Shown here piece after piece: positions 63,738-64,000 of a DNA stretch of 64,000 nt. The notes under the pieces were generated by a model. That model saw only the letters and a list, made by a program, of their open reading frames with translations. It was not told the origin of the DNA and made no database searches. The DNA comes from Desulfobulbaceae bacterium (GTDB lineage: Bacteria > Desulfobacterota > Desulfobulbia > Desulfobulbales > SURF-16). Numbering within the stretch: position 1 is the first letter of the stretch; every line of letters starts with the position of its first letter. A program made the translations under genes and the position numbers. The stretch covers positions 19,793-83,792 of the forward strand of contig QKJV01000098.1 of NCBI GenBank assembly GCA_003249165.1. Reading direction: 5' to 3'.

Positions 63738-64000
63738 ATAATCCTAATCCGTATTGAACGGCAAGCGAAACAATTGAAATTGCTGTCCAACACAAAAACC
63801 CCAGAAGAATCGGCTTTAATCCGTTTTTTATTAGCTTAATAATATTTGTATTAAGTCCGATTGCTGTCATTGCCATTACAATTATAAATTTGCCTGTCTG
63901 AGAAAGAAAATGCGTTATCTCTGTCGGAATAGGCAGAAAGGTTCTTATTACCGAAGCCGCTATAAATCCTAAAACAAACCAAGGAAAGATTTTTATAAAG
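63736..64000 (-). CDS. Integral membrane protein, C-terminal part (5-prime end outside the window)
   Basis: Hand translation of the minus strand ends ...GLKPILLGFLCWTAISIVSLAVQYGLGL-stop. Hydrophobic throughout. Absent from the ORF track because no start codon lies in the window. Confidence 0.4.
   Translation of the reverse strand, partial: FIKIFPWFVLGFIAASVIRTFLPIPTEITHFLSQTGKFIIVMAMTAIGLNTNIIKLIKNGLKPILLGFLCWTAISIVSLAVQYGLGL

Noticed and set aside
1-64000. CRISPR arrays, tRNA/rRNA genes, reverse transcriptases or retron-like ncRNA.
   Set aside because: There are no regularly spaced short repeats, no tRNA-like T-arm or acceptor patterns, and no RT motifs in any intergenic region or ORF I read. 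The scan was by eye only, so small RNAs could have been missed.

Overview
64-kb window that looks like a low-GC, Clostridia-like anaerobe (an inference from gene content). No rRNA, tRNA, CRISPR array or transposase was seen by eye.

**1 to 41.6 kb: defence island.** It is almost entirely on the plus strand and is compositionally mosaic. In order it contains:
- an SNF2-helicase C-terminal fragment plus type III mod/res, packed into one tight operon with sbcD/sbcC
- an AT-richer pair: a PLD-family nuclease and an SF2 helicase with a PD-(D/E)xK-like tail
- an XRE regulator and a YdjGHI-like SPFH/membrane/zinc-ribbon module
- an AbiH/DUF4917-like gene that abuts a truncated serine recombinase
- two unknown, translationally coupled genes
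- an RloC/PrrC-like ABC ATPase plus type I R-M (hsdM-hsdS-orf-hsdR)
- McrBC with a long reader-domain N-terminus
- a macro-HTH, membrane protein, vWA and degenerate-HD+REase-like block that matches no named system I can recall

Two ~180-bp direct repeats (14238-14418 and 41702-41881) carry internal iterated motifs and bracket 27.5 kb of this cargo.

**41.9 to 53.6 kb: regulatory and recombination end of a mobile element.** It carries a WYL regulator, an ImmR/ImmA-like pair, a sigma-like HTH protein, MazF, three serine-recombinase genes (two preceded by a duplicated hairpin-rich leader), KilA-N, and amidoligase+GGCT.

**53.6 to 64 kb: ordinary anaerobe core.** It encodes a permease pair, Crp/Fnr, DUF134, DUF5320, an MBL-fold hydrolase, a radical-SAM/SPASM enzyme, IscU-like, Mrp/NBP35, NifX-like and MinD-ferredoxin ATPases.

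All functional calls come from motifs read by eye in the translations. No database search was run.
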